Shown here: piece by piece, positions 40,059-52,256 of the stretch
Position numbering within the stretch: the stretch's first letter is position 1
Layout of the letters: every line of letters begins with the position of its first letter
Assembly (NCBI GenBank): GCA_951406725.2
Contig: OX597822.1
Span: 95,170,001 to 95,234,000, forward strand
Reading direction: 5' to 3'
Length of the DNA stretch: 64,000 bases
DNA from: Octopus vulgaris
Taxonomy: Eukaryota
Program-made: the position numbers and the translations under genes
Notes under the pieces: model-generated
Told to the model about the DNA's origin: nothing
The model's input: only the letters and a program-made list of their open reading frames with translations
Database searches by the model: none

Positions 40059-40233
40059 TGGTATCTACTTATCTTTCAGTCTTTCTGAGACGATAAAATA
40101 AAGTACCAGTCAAGCACTGGAGTCGATGGAAGTAACTAACTTGAGTCCCCTTAAAATTGTTGGCGTTCTTTCAAATTAGAAACCATATGGTAAAAAAAGG
40201 ATTATCGTTTTCATTATCATTATTTTCATTATT

Positions 40234-40465
40234 AAGGTGGCGAGCTGACAGAATCATTAGCTTGCAGAGCAAAATGCTTAGCGGCATTTCGTCCGTCCTT
40301 AAGGTCTAAGACAAATTCCGTCGAGGTTGACTTTGCCTTTCCTCTTTTCAGGGTCGATAAAATAAATACCAGTTGAGCACTGGGGTCGATGTAATCGACT
40401 TACACGCTCTCTCGAAATTGCTGGCATTGCACCAAAATCTGAAACTGTTACTATTATTATTATTA

Positions 40466-40540
<75 letters not shown>

Positions 40541-40771
40541 ATTATTACTTAGGCGGCAAGCTGGCAGAATCGTTAGGGAGCCGGGCGAAAATGCTTAGCG
40601 GTATTTCGTCTGCCACTAGGTTCTGAGTTCAAATTCCGTCGAGGTCGACTTTGCTTTTCATCCTTTCAGGGTTGATTAATTAAGTACCAGTTGAGTACTG
40701 GGGTCGATGTGAACGACTGTACCAATCCCTAGAAAATCCAGGCCTTGTGCCTATAGTAGAAAGGAATATCA

Positions 40772-40823
<52 letters not shown>

Positions 40824-41050
40824 CATTATTATTATTATTATTTAAAAAAAGTCAGTGACTTGACAGAGGAAATACCTTGGGAGTATTTCTGTTCTTTAAA
40901 TTCTAAGTTCCAATCTCGTCGAACTCAACGTTGCCATTCATCCTTCTGGGATCGATATACTAAAGTACCAGCGAAGTATTGGGATCGATATAATAAATAG
41001 ATTAACCCACTCTCTTCATAACTGCAGCTCCTGTGCTTAAATCAGAAACC
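40234..41050 (+). mobile_element. Three tandem family C-type SINEs separated by (ATT)n tails
   Basis: Heads at about 40234, 40550 and 40850; each is followed by (att)n. Confidence 0.75.
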
Positions 41051-41104
41051 ATTATTAATTAGCATTATTAAATCTCAGAATGAGATTGAAACAGTAATCG
41101 CTCG

Positions 41105-41396
41105 ATAATGTAAAGTATAGAAGACATCTTAACATGCCTAACCACATAGGAGAGGGGGTGTTACTGTAGCTTTATAGCCCCAGGAGATCATCGTCTCCAG
41201 CTGGCTTTAGACACCATTTCAGTGCCCTTGAAGTATTGCGAGGAAGGGATGGCCTCCCTTTGCAAATACTTCAAGGGCACTGAAATGGTGTCTAAAGCCA
41301 GCTGGAGACGACGATCTCCTGGGGCTATAAAGCTACAGTAACACCCCTCCCCTATGTGGTTAGCCATGTTAAGATGGCTTCTATACTTTACATTAT
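41105..41396. mobile_element. ~290 bp foldback/MITE-like element
   Basis: Arms of ~133 bp with few mismatches (ataatgtaaagtatagaag...cttctatactttacattat) and TA at both ends. Confidence 0.88.
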
Positions 41397-41855
41397 TAAT
41401 TACACTTTTAGAAAATTTACGAAAGTTCTTTGGATTGCGGTTAGAGTACTTGGCTCATAATTCTTAGGTTGTGAGTTTGATTCTCGGTTCTAGTGCCGCA
41501 TTGATTCCTTAAATAAGGCACTTCATTTCTCATCGTTCTAAGCGTGTTGCGAGTTTTGTTCTCTGCGCCTCTTCAACGCCTTGGAAACTCTGATAAACCG
41601 GCCTGAAGAACCTGTAACTTTTTCTGTTTTTCGAAAGATGGATTGAAGGTAAACTCTGTAAAGTGCTGAACAAAAAAATGCCTCACCGACTTTATCAGTT
41701 TATCTGTATCAGTCATATATATATGTGTTGATTTGTCATATTTTATCAGCCCATGATTGTATGTCTGTGTGTCAATGTTAGAAATAAATATAATATAAAA
41801 CATTAAGAAAAAATCGAATATGCTTATTAGTGTAATAAATGATTATTATACTAAC

Positions 41856-42227
41856 CATCTTGCATCTTTTTATCCATTTTTATTCCCATCCACAGCGTCC
41901 ACATAATGGATCCGTATGATCCTGACATGATTATAACAGGAATCAGCAGAAAAGCCATGTCTAAAAAAACAGTGTAACATTTCTCTGCAATCTTCGAAGT
42001 CCAAAACTCCCGGCAGACATGTGTCTTGCCTTTGTCGAACGATTTCATTCGCGTGACTATGGCAATCGGAATGACAACCATAGCAGCTAAAAACCAACAA
42101 CCAGTGATGATTTTGTAAGCTCTGGATAGAGTCTGCCATCGTCTCGAGTGTAGCGGTTGACAAATACCGAAGTATCGTTCTAGAGACATTGCAACCAATG
42201 TAAAACAGCTGACAGCTACGGAAACAC
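41856..42227 (-). CDS. CCKAR: Internal coding exon (TM3-TM5) of a cholecystokinin/sulfakinin-type GPCR
   Basis: Translates (G)VSVAVSCFTLVAMSLERYFGICQPLHSRRWQTLSRAYKIITGCW...CREFW...LLIPVIIMSGSYG, with the ERY motif and the CCK-receptor-like ICL2. Acceptor tatttcttttcag ends at 42228; donor gttagt starts at 41855. 372 bp, phase 1 at both ends. Confidence 0.9.
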
Positions 42228-42561
42228 CTGAAAAGAAATAAAATGTACATATGAGATCCTCTAGACAATAACGATAACACTAGCAGCAAAATGAAGCTTA
42301 AGGGAAACAACGAAGGAACGGGATATTTCTGTTTGGGTGGCGCCCATTTGGTATGTCTGAACGCTAAGCCTGTTCTGATGATAGCTTTTTTGGTGAGAGA
42401 CAATTTAGAGTGTTAGAAAGAAACATTAGAATATATCAAAAGAACCTGATTGACACAAATATGTACCATCTCCACACACACGCAAACAGTGTAACACATG
42501 CACCTACATAAGAAGAGCGAGCGATATAACAATATACATACATACATAATTATATATATAT

Positions 42562-42619
<58 letters not shown>

Positions 42620-42620
<1 letters not shown>

Positions 42621-42805
42621 ACGGGAAAGTTTACGAAAATAAACAAAAGACGAAGGCAGGTGGAGTACAAACAAACAAATGTATTAGTATAGCGCTCAGG
42701 AATAGTAATAGAAAAAATCTTTTACGTTTCGAGCCTACGCTCTTCGACAGAAAGATACACAGAAAAAAACAAGGAGAGAAAAATATGCGTGTAGGAGCTA
42801 ACGAT
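42620..42805 (-). mobile_element. Family H repeat, flanked by (TA)n
   Basis: Same sequence as 16941 and 29782; fold at 42718-42755. Confidence 0.75.
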
Positions 42806-42824
42806 ATATATATATATGTATATA

Positions 42825-43195
42825 CGAGCAAAACGCCCCCCGTCCAATGGACGGTGCTGAGTTGTTGAAAAATTTAAGCCAAATTTTCTCAAAACAACTT
42901 GTCCGACCATCCCATTTTGTGGAATTATTTCAAGCCAGCCGGGTTTTTTTTGCGCAAACTGCACGTGCATTTTTCTCGCGTACGCGTAGTATCGATCGCA
43001 ACAGCTGATGTAGCTGCGCGTGCAAATGCACGTTCCCACGGATTTATCGATCGCATTCTCAGCTGGAATCGATTTTTGTAATTTTTTTCAAGGCTTATAC
43101 ACGCCCTGGTACTGTCGATATCTACATATCAAATTTGAGCGCAATGGGTTGGATGATGCCCGAGATCCTAGAAGACACACAGACAGACAGAACGG

Positions 43196-43258
<63 letters not shown>
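42825..43258 (-). mobile_element. Second Helitron-like non-autonomous element
   Basis: Minus strand has 5' (TA)n/(tctg)n and a 3' hairpin ccgtccattggacgg about 10 nt before a CTCG-T end (variant of CTRR). Confidence 0.55.
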
Positions 43259-43260
<2 letters not shown>

Positions 43261-43822
43261 AAAAATGCGGGCGCCGAATCTTATAATACTCGTAAGTATA
43301 GAACTGGAAAAGCAGAACGAGCAGTAATTAAGCCAAAAAAGTAAGGGATAAAAAGAAAAAAACAACAAAATATTGCTGATGAAGTAGAATTTAAAAACTA
43401 AAATAGTCGTAAATGCTCTTCCATATTTTTTATTTATACTTAAGAGTTTAAATTGAAATTCTAAAGAAGCTATTTATTTTTAATTTTAACGAAGACTAAG
43501 TGTCTGCATGTTTACACTTTCAAAACTGGATATTATAAATTATTAATATAAAATCACACTATAGCAATTTAAGCAAAATTGATAATTGTAAATCCTAACG
43601 CCTAAGTTAAAAATATAGAGGCATAGAGACATTTCTATGTTTTGCATTTAGTTTGTACATTAGCTTCCATTTTTTAAAAAATATTTTTCATATTGCAAAT
43701 AGAAAACGATTTGTTATCTGATAATGCAAACTTTAAAGAAAATAATTCTTTTGTTTCTGAGTATAATTTAAATATAATTGCTAATGAGTTTTGTTAAGAA
43801 AATAAAATTAAAAAAAGAATAT

Positions 43823-44047
43823 ATATTTCCTTACTACCCACAAGGGGTTAAACATAGAGGGGACAAACAAGAACAGACAAAAGGATTAAGTCGATTACAT
43901 CGACCCCAGTGCGAAACTGGTACTTTATTTATCGACCCCGAAAGGATGAAAGGCAAAGATGACCTCGGCAGAATTTGAACTCAGAACGTAGCGGCACACA
44001 AAATACCGCTAAGCATTTCGCCTGGTGTGCTAACGATTCTGCCAGAA
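43823..44047 (-). mobile_element. SINE family C
   Basis: Matches family C. Confidence 0.85.
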
Positions 44048-45575
44048 TATAATACTAAAAATAAGATAGACATGTTTTAGTTTAATACAAAGAGATTTTT
44101 TAATAAAAAATATTAACTTAAATTTTAAAACAATTAAAATAAGAAGCAAAACCACAAGAAAAACAAAACAGTGTACACACTATTTGATGAATAATTTCAG
44201 AAACTTATTTAGTGAATTATAACTTCAGCAGCAATATTTTAAGTTCTTTTTGCTTCTTGTCCTCTACTTTTCAAGGGTTAATTTTCGAAGTTCAGCACCT
44301 AAGAATATTCAAGGATTCTGCGCCCACTTGTTTCATTCTAGACCACTTTTCCCCAGGCAATGTTTCTATTATTATAATTAATTACATTTATCTTTATGAT
44401 TAAAAAAATGATGCTATTGTAAATATTTTTCAAATACAAACTTTGTTCAAACATAGAAATTTTGTTTGAACTAAAAATAACACATCTGCAACACATCTGC
44501 TGCAAATAGATATATTTTAAATCAATTTTTGGTATAAAATAATGTTGTATTCTAATTAAGTGATTAATGATTATTTTTTAAATGTGTGAAAGTTTTTATT
44601 TTAGTTTGTTTTTAATATGTACATATTTTAATACATAGAGAAAATAATGAAAATTTATATGAAATCACAAAAAAACATAACTGTTTTTATGCTTAAGAGT
44701 TTTAGAAAGGGTTTTCTCCAAAATATTTGTCTCGACGAATTCTTTCAATTGAACCTAAATAATATTTTATTCTTAAAAAAAACGTTGATTATTTTAAAAT
44801 GATCAATACTTTTTCTTCACTTAATGCTATACAAGTTCTTTTGTGGCTAATATCTTTTGACGAAGTTTTCACCATAGAATTCTTCTCATAGATCTCTTTT
44901 GTCTGAAGTAAATTTTGAACGCAGAATAGCTCTGATAACAGCTTAGAAGATTAGCTAAATGCTTTTAAAAAACGGAAAAAAAAAACTGGCTAAGCGACCC
45001 ATGGCAATAAATATCGTCTTTTAAAACGCTAAACATCTTAAAATGGCAAAAATATTTTAATTTATTAAAAATGATCACCTTTTTCCTCAGTTAAAACAAT
45101 GCCTCTCTTCTATAGCTAATATTTTTTGACGAGGTTTTCATCATAAGTTTCATCTGGTAGGGCTCTTTCATTTCAACACAAATATTGTATGGTTTTCTTT
45201 AAGAATAACTGAGATGTCAATTTCTGAGGTTACTTAAAATTTTTCTTCGCTTAGAGCCACATAATTTCTTCGCAGTTAATGAGCACATTCTTTTGAACTC
45301 AATTAATCGACCATTTTCTTTTAAAATTACCTGAAAATTTTGATTCGCAGTAAATTTTTCACCTTACTCTCCAATTTTTGGCCTCACATATTTTTATATA
45401 ATGAACCAAATTTCAACTATTTTATCTCAAAACGTATATTAGGACTGGATAATCATTACTAAAAACCGCATTCAATTTGGTTGAGAACTGAATTAGTGAT
45501 GGGGTTCAAGAATTACTCGTGAGTAACTAAAAGAAAACTTAACCGTAAGAAAATATTTATCCACTGCCGTGGGTG

Positions 45576-45619
<44 letters not shown>

Positions 45620-46187
45620 ACACACACACACACACACACACAAATGATGTGGTAATGCTTCAGCAAGTAAAAAAAAGTACTCGATCAGCTAAGAAAGTAA
45701 AGATAATCTTAAACTAAAAAAAACACAAATCTTGAGATTACAGCTACATAGGATTTCCTGGCTGAAATAATTATTTAATCCGCCATTTATCAAGCTGAAA
45801 ACAAGACCATTTTTCAGTTGTCTTTTGAGCTGATAGCATTGATTAAAAAAAAAAGCCAAAAAAAAAAAAGCGCTTGTAGAAAATACAAAAAGGAAAAAAC
45901 ATACGGGAAAAACACAACGTTACAACAATTCGATGTCAAACATTGAAATATGGACATAAAGAAAAAAATCTTGTTCCTCAAACAGTTTTTCGAGCGAGCA
46001 CACTGAGCATCTTTAGACTCGTTAATATAGGGCCTGGATTTAGAGAGGATTTTCCATTTGTTTTCCGAAATTAACCCCTTCGTCTTTAATTTTCCAAGTT
46101 AAAGCCGAAAAGATTGTTGAATGTCTCTTATCACGGTACCTAAAATTCGAAATCCTCCTCCTTCTCCCCCTCCTCATTATTAAGATT

Positions 46188-46228
<41 letters not shown>

Positions 46229-46258
46229 TATTCTTATTCTTCTTCTTATTATTATTAT

Positions 46259-46790
46259 TGAGTGAGAGAGCAGTTCATGCCATCAAAGTGACACTGGGGT
46301 AAAATATACGAAGCCCAATATACCCATCATGACTACCCGTCTGATAAAGGTACACCAGGCACATGCATCACAACCATATGTGCGCGACATGGTGATCTCA
46401 TATCAAGATAAACAGCACATGACCTTGCAGGTTGAGTAGCCCATCCCGCTCAAACGGTCCCTGAATAAGGGTTGTTTAAGGATGTTGAAAGAACCACCCA
46501 TGTTTCCAGAGGTGAACTATTCAAACCCCAAAGAATCCCTCTCAACACATGGCTATGATGCTCCCCCACTACTTCTGCTCGTGATCAGAGATGCACATAT
46601 CGTCAGCCACTAAGGGACATGCTCAACTGGTTAAGGTCAAACAACTGACAAGCAAATCTGTGGTATTGAGCAGAATATTTGCTGTAGCCCATCTTTTATA
46701 CCAAGACAAAACAATGTACATGATAACACTTCCAATCAGTTAAGATCAGAAGCCATGAGAGCCACTGCCTGGTACTGCATCAGGGCATTT
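46259..46790. mobile_element. ~530 bp unclassified insertion within (ATT)n
   Basis: GC-richer block bounded by (att)n on both sides; single copy in the window. Confidence 0.45.
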
Positions 46791-47210
46791 ATTATTATTA
46801 ATATTATTATTATTATTATTGTTATTATTGTTATTACTACTACTACTACTACTACTACTACTATTAACGGGATAAAATTACTTAACAGTTTATCAAAAGC
46901 AAAATTTATACAGTTTTTAATCATCTGGTAAGTATGAGCAATGTTCATTTAATACTTGATAGCATCCATGTTTTTATAATTAACAGCTGTTTCATATCTT
47001 CTGTCTGAATCTCTATACTTTTCCCGTTTCTACGGTGCTGCATGACGGTCCTGCTTACTTTATCGAAGAACTCCATTGCCATGCAAATATTTCTTTTCAC
47101 CGTTTCCGTCAATACTTCACCGGCCATCTTATACATAAATAGAAGCCGAAATATAAATGAGGTTTAGTAGTTGAGTAGCTTTCTAGTTGTGATTGATAAG
47201 TCATTTGTTA

Positions 47211-47518
47211 TCTTTATATATAAAATTGAAGTTGTGTGTGTGTGAGACTCTGTCTCCTCCGATTTAGATTCTTAACTACTCCCACATTTTGCGGTGCAGT
47301 TTAACCAAAAGCGGGTATCTTATAGTCGTCATTCATATCGAGCCCTTCTGGATATTAGTGCACGTCTACGATGAGTCAACGATTTAAAAAATAAATTACC
47401 ATCATTTTTCCGCATTTTTAATGATTTTTGCTCGGGTTATATAAAGGAAGTAGCTCTCTAAAATGCTTATATAGTTATTTCCCTTACAAACCCGAGCAAC
47501 GCCGGGCGATACTGCTAG
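47211..47518 (+). mobile_element. Non-autonomous Helitron-like element
   Basis: A|TC...cccgagcaacgccggg...CTAG|T; homologous to 4626-5021. Confidence 0.85.
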
Positions 47519-49080
47519 TATAGAATATAAACAAAATCTCGGTATCAAAATGCTTCAGCGTCATAAATGCGATGCCAAATGAAATCAGCAGCGCCAAATT
47601 GGTTTCGCTAAAACATTTCTCTTTTCTTGTGGAAAGTAATAGAAAAGGGCTGTGGTGAATTCTTTCATGTGGAGAATGTGCATTGCAGATACAAGTGAAC
47701 GAAGTATTTTAAAACAACACGTGACAGACGAGTTTATAGGGCACAAAGAACCGAGGTTTTAAGGTTGAAATAGCGAAGATATTTTGAGAGTATAACTAAT
47801 AACCTGTTACCAAGGTCTGCTGATATCCAGAACGAGGTACTGCTTCCACATATGAAAAGGGGTGGATGTTACATATAGAGACATCCTTGACTGCTTCCAA
47901 AAAGAGAAACCCCGACAAATTGATGTATAGCCGTTTACTAACACACTCCAAATACTAGCCCATAGACTTGCCATCCCTTCAGTCTGTCGTTTCTTCAGCT
48001 GCTACGGCATCCTCTGCACCCCGGAACTGACAAGTCTAACGCTCTTTTCACTCAAGCTCTTTCCATTTATTCCCCTACCTCTCACCATCCATAATTTGTC
48101 CACCCCCTGTTTGATCCCTTAATAAGCGTTCCACCCAGTCCTTTCTCTCCAGAATATCGGAAGTTTGCTATTCCCACATTGTCCATTTATTTTTTTCCTG
48201 CGGCTACTGATTGAAGCTGTTTAAGAGAAATGTTAACGGCATCGACCTCACTGGTTTTGGAGGGACTCACTAGAAAGAGCAGTTAAACTCCAAGCCACTA
48301 ATTGTTGTAATTCTGAAAGTGAATGAAAAATAAAAAATAAAAAAAGTGAATGAAAAATAAAAAATAAACACATTTACCCTATTTAACCTAAATTTAGCAT
48401 TTACTCTATTTAGCCCATTTAATCTAACATAGGGTAAATGTCGGTACAGCTTTCCTCCAGGTAAAAAATAAAGAACGAATACACTACTAAAATTTTGATC
48501 TTTCTTGAGATAAACTATAAGCTAACTGCGGTCGCAATTTGGATGCGATTCTCGGCCAAAGACAATTCAAATTTCTCTCTTGCGTGCATTGGGTAAAACA
48601 ACTTAAAATGACATGAAGTGTCTAAATGGCAAAGCTGCCTTAAAGTAAACGAGACAAAGGTATTTTAAAGTAAAAGAAGCAGACGTGCTTTAAAGTAGTA
48701 AAAACAGAAGTGTTTTAAAGCAAAAGAAGAGCTGTTTTAAGATACAAGCGACAGAAGTATTCCGCCAGTCCGGTATGTCACGTGATACACAAGACTTTCA
48801 TGCATTATATGTGATCCCCATTCCCAATTTTTTCCTACCACCAGAGTAAGTTGGGACTTATGAATGTCCCAAGTTACTCTCGGATTTTATATTATACAGA
48901 ATGTCTGATACGAGGGGTAACTAAAGGTCTGAAAACAAGCATGAACATTTATGAGAAAACTTTTGAAAATGCTTTGGACAGGTAAAGAGGTAAGGTATCC
49001 GATTATTATGCTGTACTATTATGCTTATATAAACTTTCACAAAGACGAATCATATCCTTCATTTCACTTGTATAGAGAGA

Positions 49081-49461
49081 GAAGCACTCCGTCGGTTACG
49101 ACGACGAGCGTTCCGGTTGATCCGGATCAACGGAACAGCCTGCTTGTGAAATTAACGTGTAAGTGGCTGAGCACTCCACAGACACGTGTACCCTTAACGT
49201 AGTTCTCGGGGATATTCAGCGTGACACAGAGAGTGACAAGGCCGGCCCCTTGAAATACAGGTACAACAGAATCAGGAAGTAAGAGTGAGAAAGTTGTGGT
49301 GAAAGAGTACAGCAGGGATCACCCCCATCCCCTGCCGGAGCCTCGTGGAGCTTTAGGTGTTTTCGCTCAATAAACACTCACAACGCCCGGTCTGGGAATC
49401 GAAACCGCGATCCTACGACCGCGAGTCCGCTGCCCTAACCACTGGGCCATTGCCCCTCCAC
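49081..49461 (-). mobile_element. SINE family B
   Basis: Near-identical to 30609-30991; flanking tcacttg duplication. Confidence 0.9.
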
Positions 49462-49947
49462 TCACTTGAATACATAAAATAGGTATTGGTAAGTTCAGAG
49501 TCTTGATCACGTGATGAGACACAATGTCACAGAATGTATTATTTGAAAAAAAAATAACAAACGGATATGTGGTATTAAATACTTCATGTCATTGTAAACT
49601 GCATTACAATACTCGTACAAAGGAGCGAACTGAAACGTATCGAATGAAAATCGAAACTAAATCACGTTCAAGATTAGATAGTTGGTTATCTCACGTAAGG
49701 TCAAAATATTGAGTTGTGATATTTATACATGGAAACATTTTTGTATAAAATCTATAATTTGACAACGTCACATTCGTTTATCGATTAAGGACAACTCTAG
49801 CGTGCGATTGAAACGAAAGTAAAATGTTTTGAAATAAAAAAGAAAAAAAAAATTATATAAGAACCCCAAACGAAAATGTGTACTTTATAGACTTACTTTC
49901 AGTCTATACTCTGCCTCAAAATATGTACAAACACACACACATGCACT

Positions 49948-49984
<37 letters not shown>

Positions 49985-50023
49985 CCGTCCACATATATAT
50001 ATATATATACTTATATATATGTG

Positions 50024-50078
<55 letters not shown>

Positions 50079-50094
50079 ATATATATATATATAA

Positions 50095-50141
<47 letters not shown>

Positions 50142-50151
50142 CATGCATATG

Positions 50152-50207
<56 letters not shown>

Positions 50208-50787
50208 AACGTATTAATTTCTGAAAAGTCTTACTTGAACTACAAAAGGAGACGTTATTAAATGTAATGGAAATTCTAAGTATCGAATCTGTTCAAATGG
50301 CGACGTGTAATTCATTTATACAGGAAATGAGATTCGCAAGAAGCTGTTTGTTCGTTGCTAAATTTAGCTTTCCACTCAGGTTCAGACGGGTACGAAAAGA
50401 ATAAAAATATAGCTTGGTCTTCTTCTGTCGCATTCACCTTCCTTTATTCCTTTGAGTATAAACAAATTCCCGGTTCTTCCAGAGGAGTGTATGTGATTGT
50501 GCGAGCGCGTGAGTATGTGCGTGTGTGTGTATGCGTGTGTGTGTGTATGCGTGTGTGTGTTTGTGTGTGTTTGTGTGTGTGTGCATGTGCATGCGAGTGA
50601 GTGGACGAACGGAAGACAGTGGCACTCAGCGCATTTGGCAAAGGGTTACATATGTTATTTAATAACAATTTCACCTGAAGCTTCGTACGCACGAAGAACG
50701 AACTTATCTCGAAAGAAAAGGTTCGTTCTATGAGTCTACGAAAATTTATGCTGCTTGCAGCTGAGTCAAACCGTTACTAAATTGTAT

Positions 50788-50845
<58 letters not shown>

Positions 50846-51063
50846 ACACATATGTGGTTAGATTCTTTTCTCTACTCCGAAGAAGAAGGCCGATTTTTTT
50901 TATAATGTCTGTTTGCTTCCATTATTGGTTGCAAATATTTAGTGATCTACGTCTGCCAAAATTATGAAGTAATTCGGAGACCCCAAAAAGCAGCTGTCGG
51001 GCTTGTAATACCATTAGTTCTCTCTTGTAATTATTTGAGTCTATGTAACCGGTAAGTTTGCTC

Positions 51064-51179
<116 letters not shown>

Positions 51180-51243
51180 TAAATAAAATGAGACAACAAT
51201 GCCAAGGTAGTGTGAAATTTCTAGGAGATTTATAAAGAGAAAG

Positions 51244-51297
51244 ATAGTCTTACAGCCATTTCAGGGATATAAAAGATATCCCATCATCAGAGACGAT
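51244..51297 (-). ncRNA. Minimal type I hammerhead ribozyme-like motif
   Basis: Minus strand: atcgtct-CTGATGA-t-gggatat-ctttt-atatccc-t-GAAA-tggctg-TA-agactat. Confidence 0.65.
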
Positions 51298-51355
51298 ATG
51301 AGAGAGTTAAATAGAAGGAAATAGTAGAGTTTCCATAGAAGTACTATGTCAGACA

Positions 51356-51626
51356 GTGGAGGCACATGGCTTAGTGGTTAGAGCAGCGGACCCGTGGTTG
51401 GGGGATCACGGGTTCGAATCTCAGACTGGGCGATGTGTGTGTTTATGAGCGAAACACCTTAGCTCCACGCAACACTGGCAGAAGGTAATGGTGAACTTCT
51501 GCTGACTCTTTCGCCACAACATTCTCTCACTCTTTCCTCTTGCATCTTGCAGCTCACCTGCGACGGGCCGGCGTCCCGTCTAGATGGGGACCTATACGCC
51601 AAGGAAACCGGGAAACCGGCCCTATG
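51356..51626 (+). mobile_element. SINE family B2
   Basis: gtggaggcacatggcttagtggttagagcagcgg...gggttcgaatc; homologous to 39545-39851. Confidence 0.85.
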
Positions 51627-51668
51627 AATTTTATTAACATCTTCGTTCAACTCCATTTATTTATTTAT

Positions 51669-51768
<100 letters not shown>

Positions 51769-51914
51769 GTATGTATGTATATATGCATGAATTTCAATTT
51801 ATAATTACTTTCAAAAATATATATTTAAAAATAAAGAAGTATATTTTGTATGATAGAGTAATAACTTAAAAAAATTAGGCTGTTCAGCTTTAAGAAAAGA
51901 AACCTGTAATAATA

Positions 51915-52256
51915 CTTGGGGAGGGAGTTTGATACTTAGTTTATCGACCTTGAAAGAATGAAAGCCTAGTCCACCTCGGTGGAATTTGAGCTCAGAATGT
52001 ACCGACGGGCGAAATACCTATTTCTTTACTATCCACAAGGGGCTAAACACAGAGAGGACAAACAAGGACAGACAAACGGATTAAGTCGATTATATCGACC
52101 CCAGTGCGTAACTGGTACTTATTTTATCGACCCCGAAAGGATGAAAGGCAGAGTCGACCTCGGCGGAGCGGAGTTTGAACTCAGAACGTAGCGGCAGACG
52201 AAATACCGTTAAACATTTCGCCCGGCGTGCTAACGATTCTGCCAGCTCGCCGCCCT
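51915..52256 (-). mobile_element. Dimeric family C SINE
   Basis: A full monomer is joined at gaaatacc to a second, headless monomer. Confidence 0.75.

Noticed and set aside
40234-41050. Repeat-spacer-like periodicity suggesting CRISPR
   Set aside because: Tandem SINEs with (ATT)n tails in eukaryotic DNA; no cas genes or constant short repeats.
41870-42403. 177 aa ORF overlapping the GPCR exon
   Set aside because: Alternative frame with no recognisable motifs; the GPCR frame has proper splice sites.
51356-51432. tRNA-like sequence (also at about 1135-1212, 30915-30990 and 49385-49460)
   Set aside because: These are SINE heads continuing into repeat bodies, with no clean cloverleaf, so not tRNA genes.
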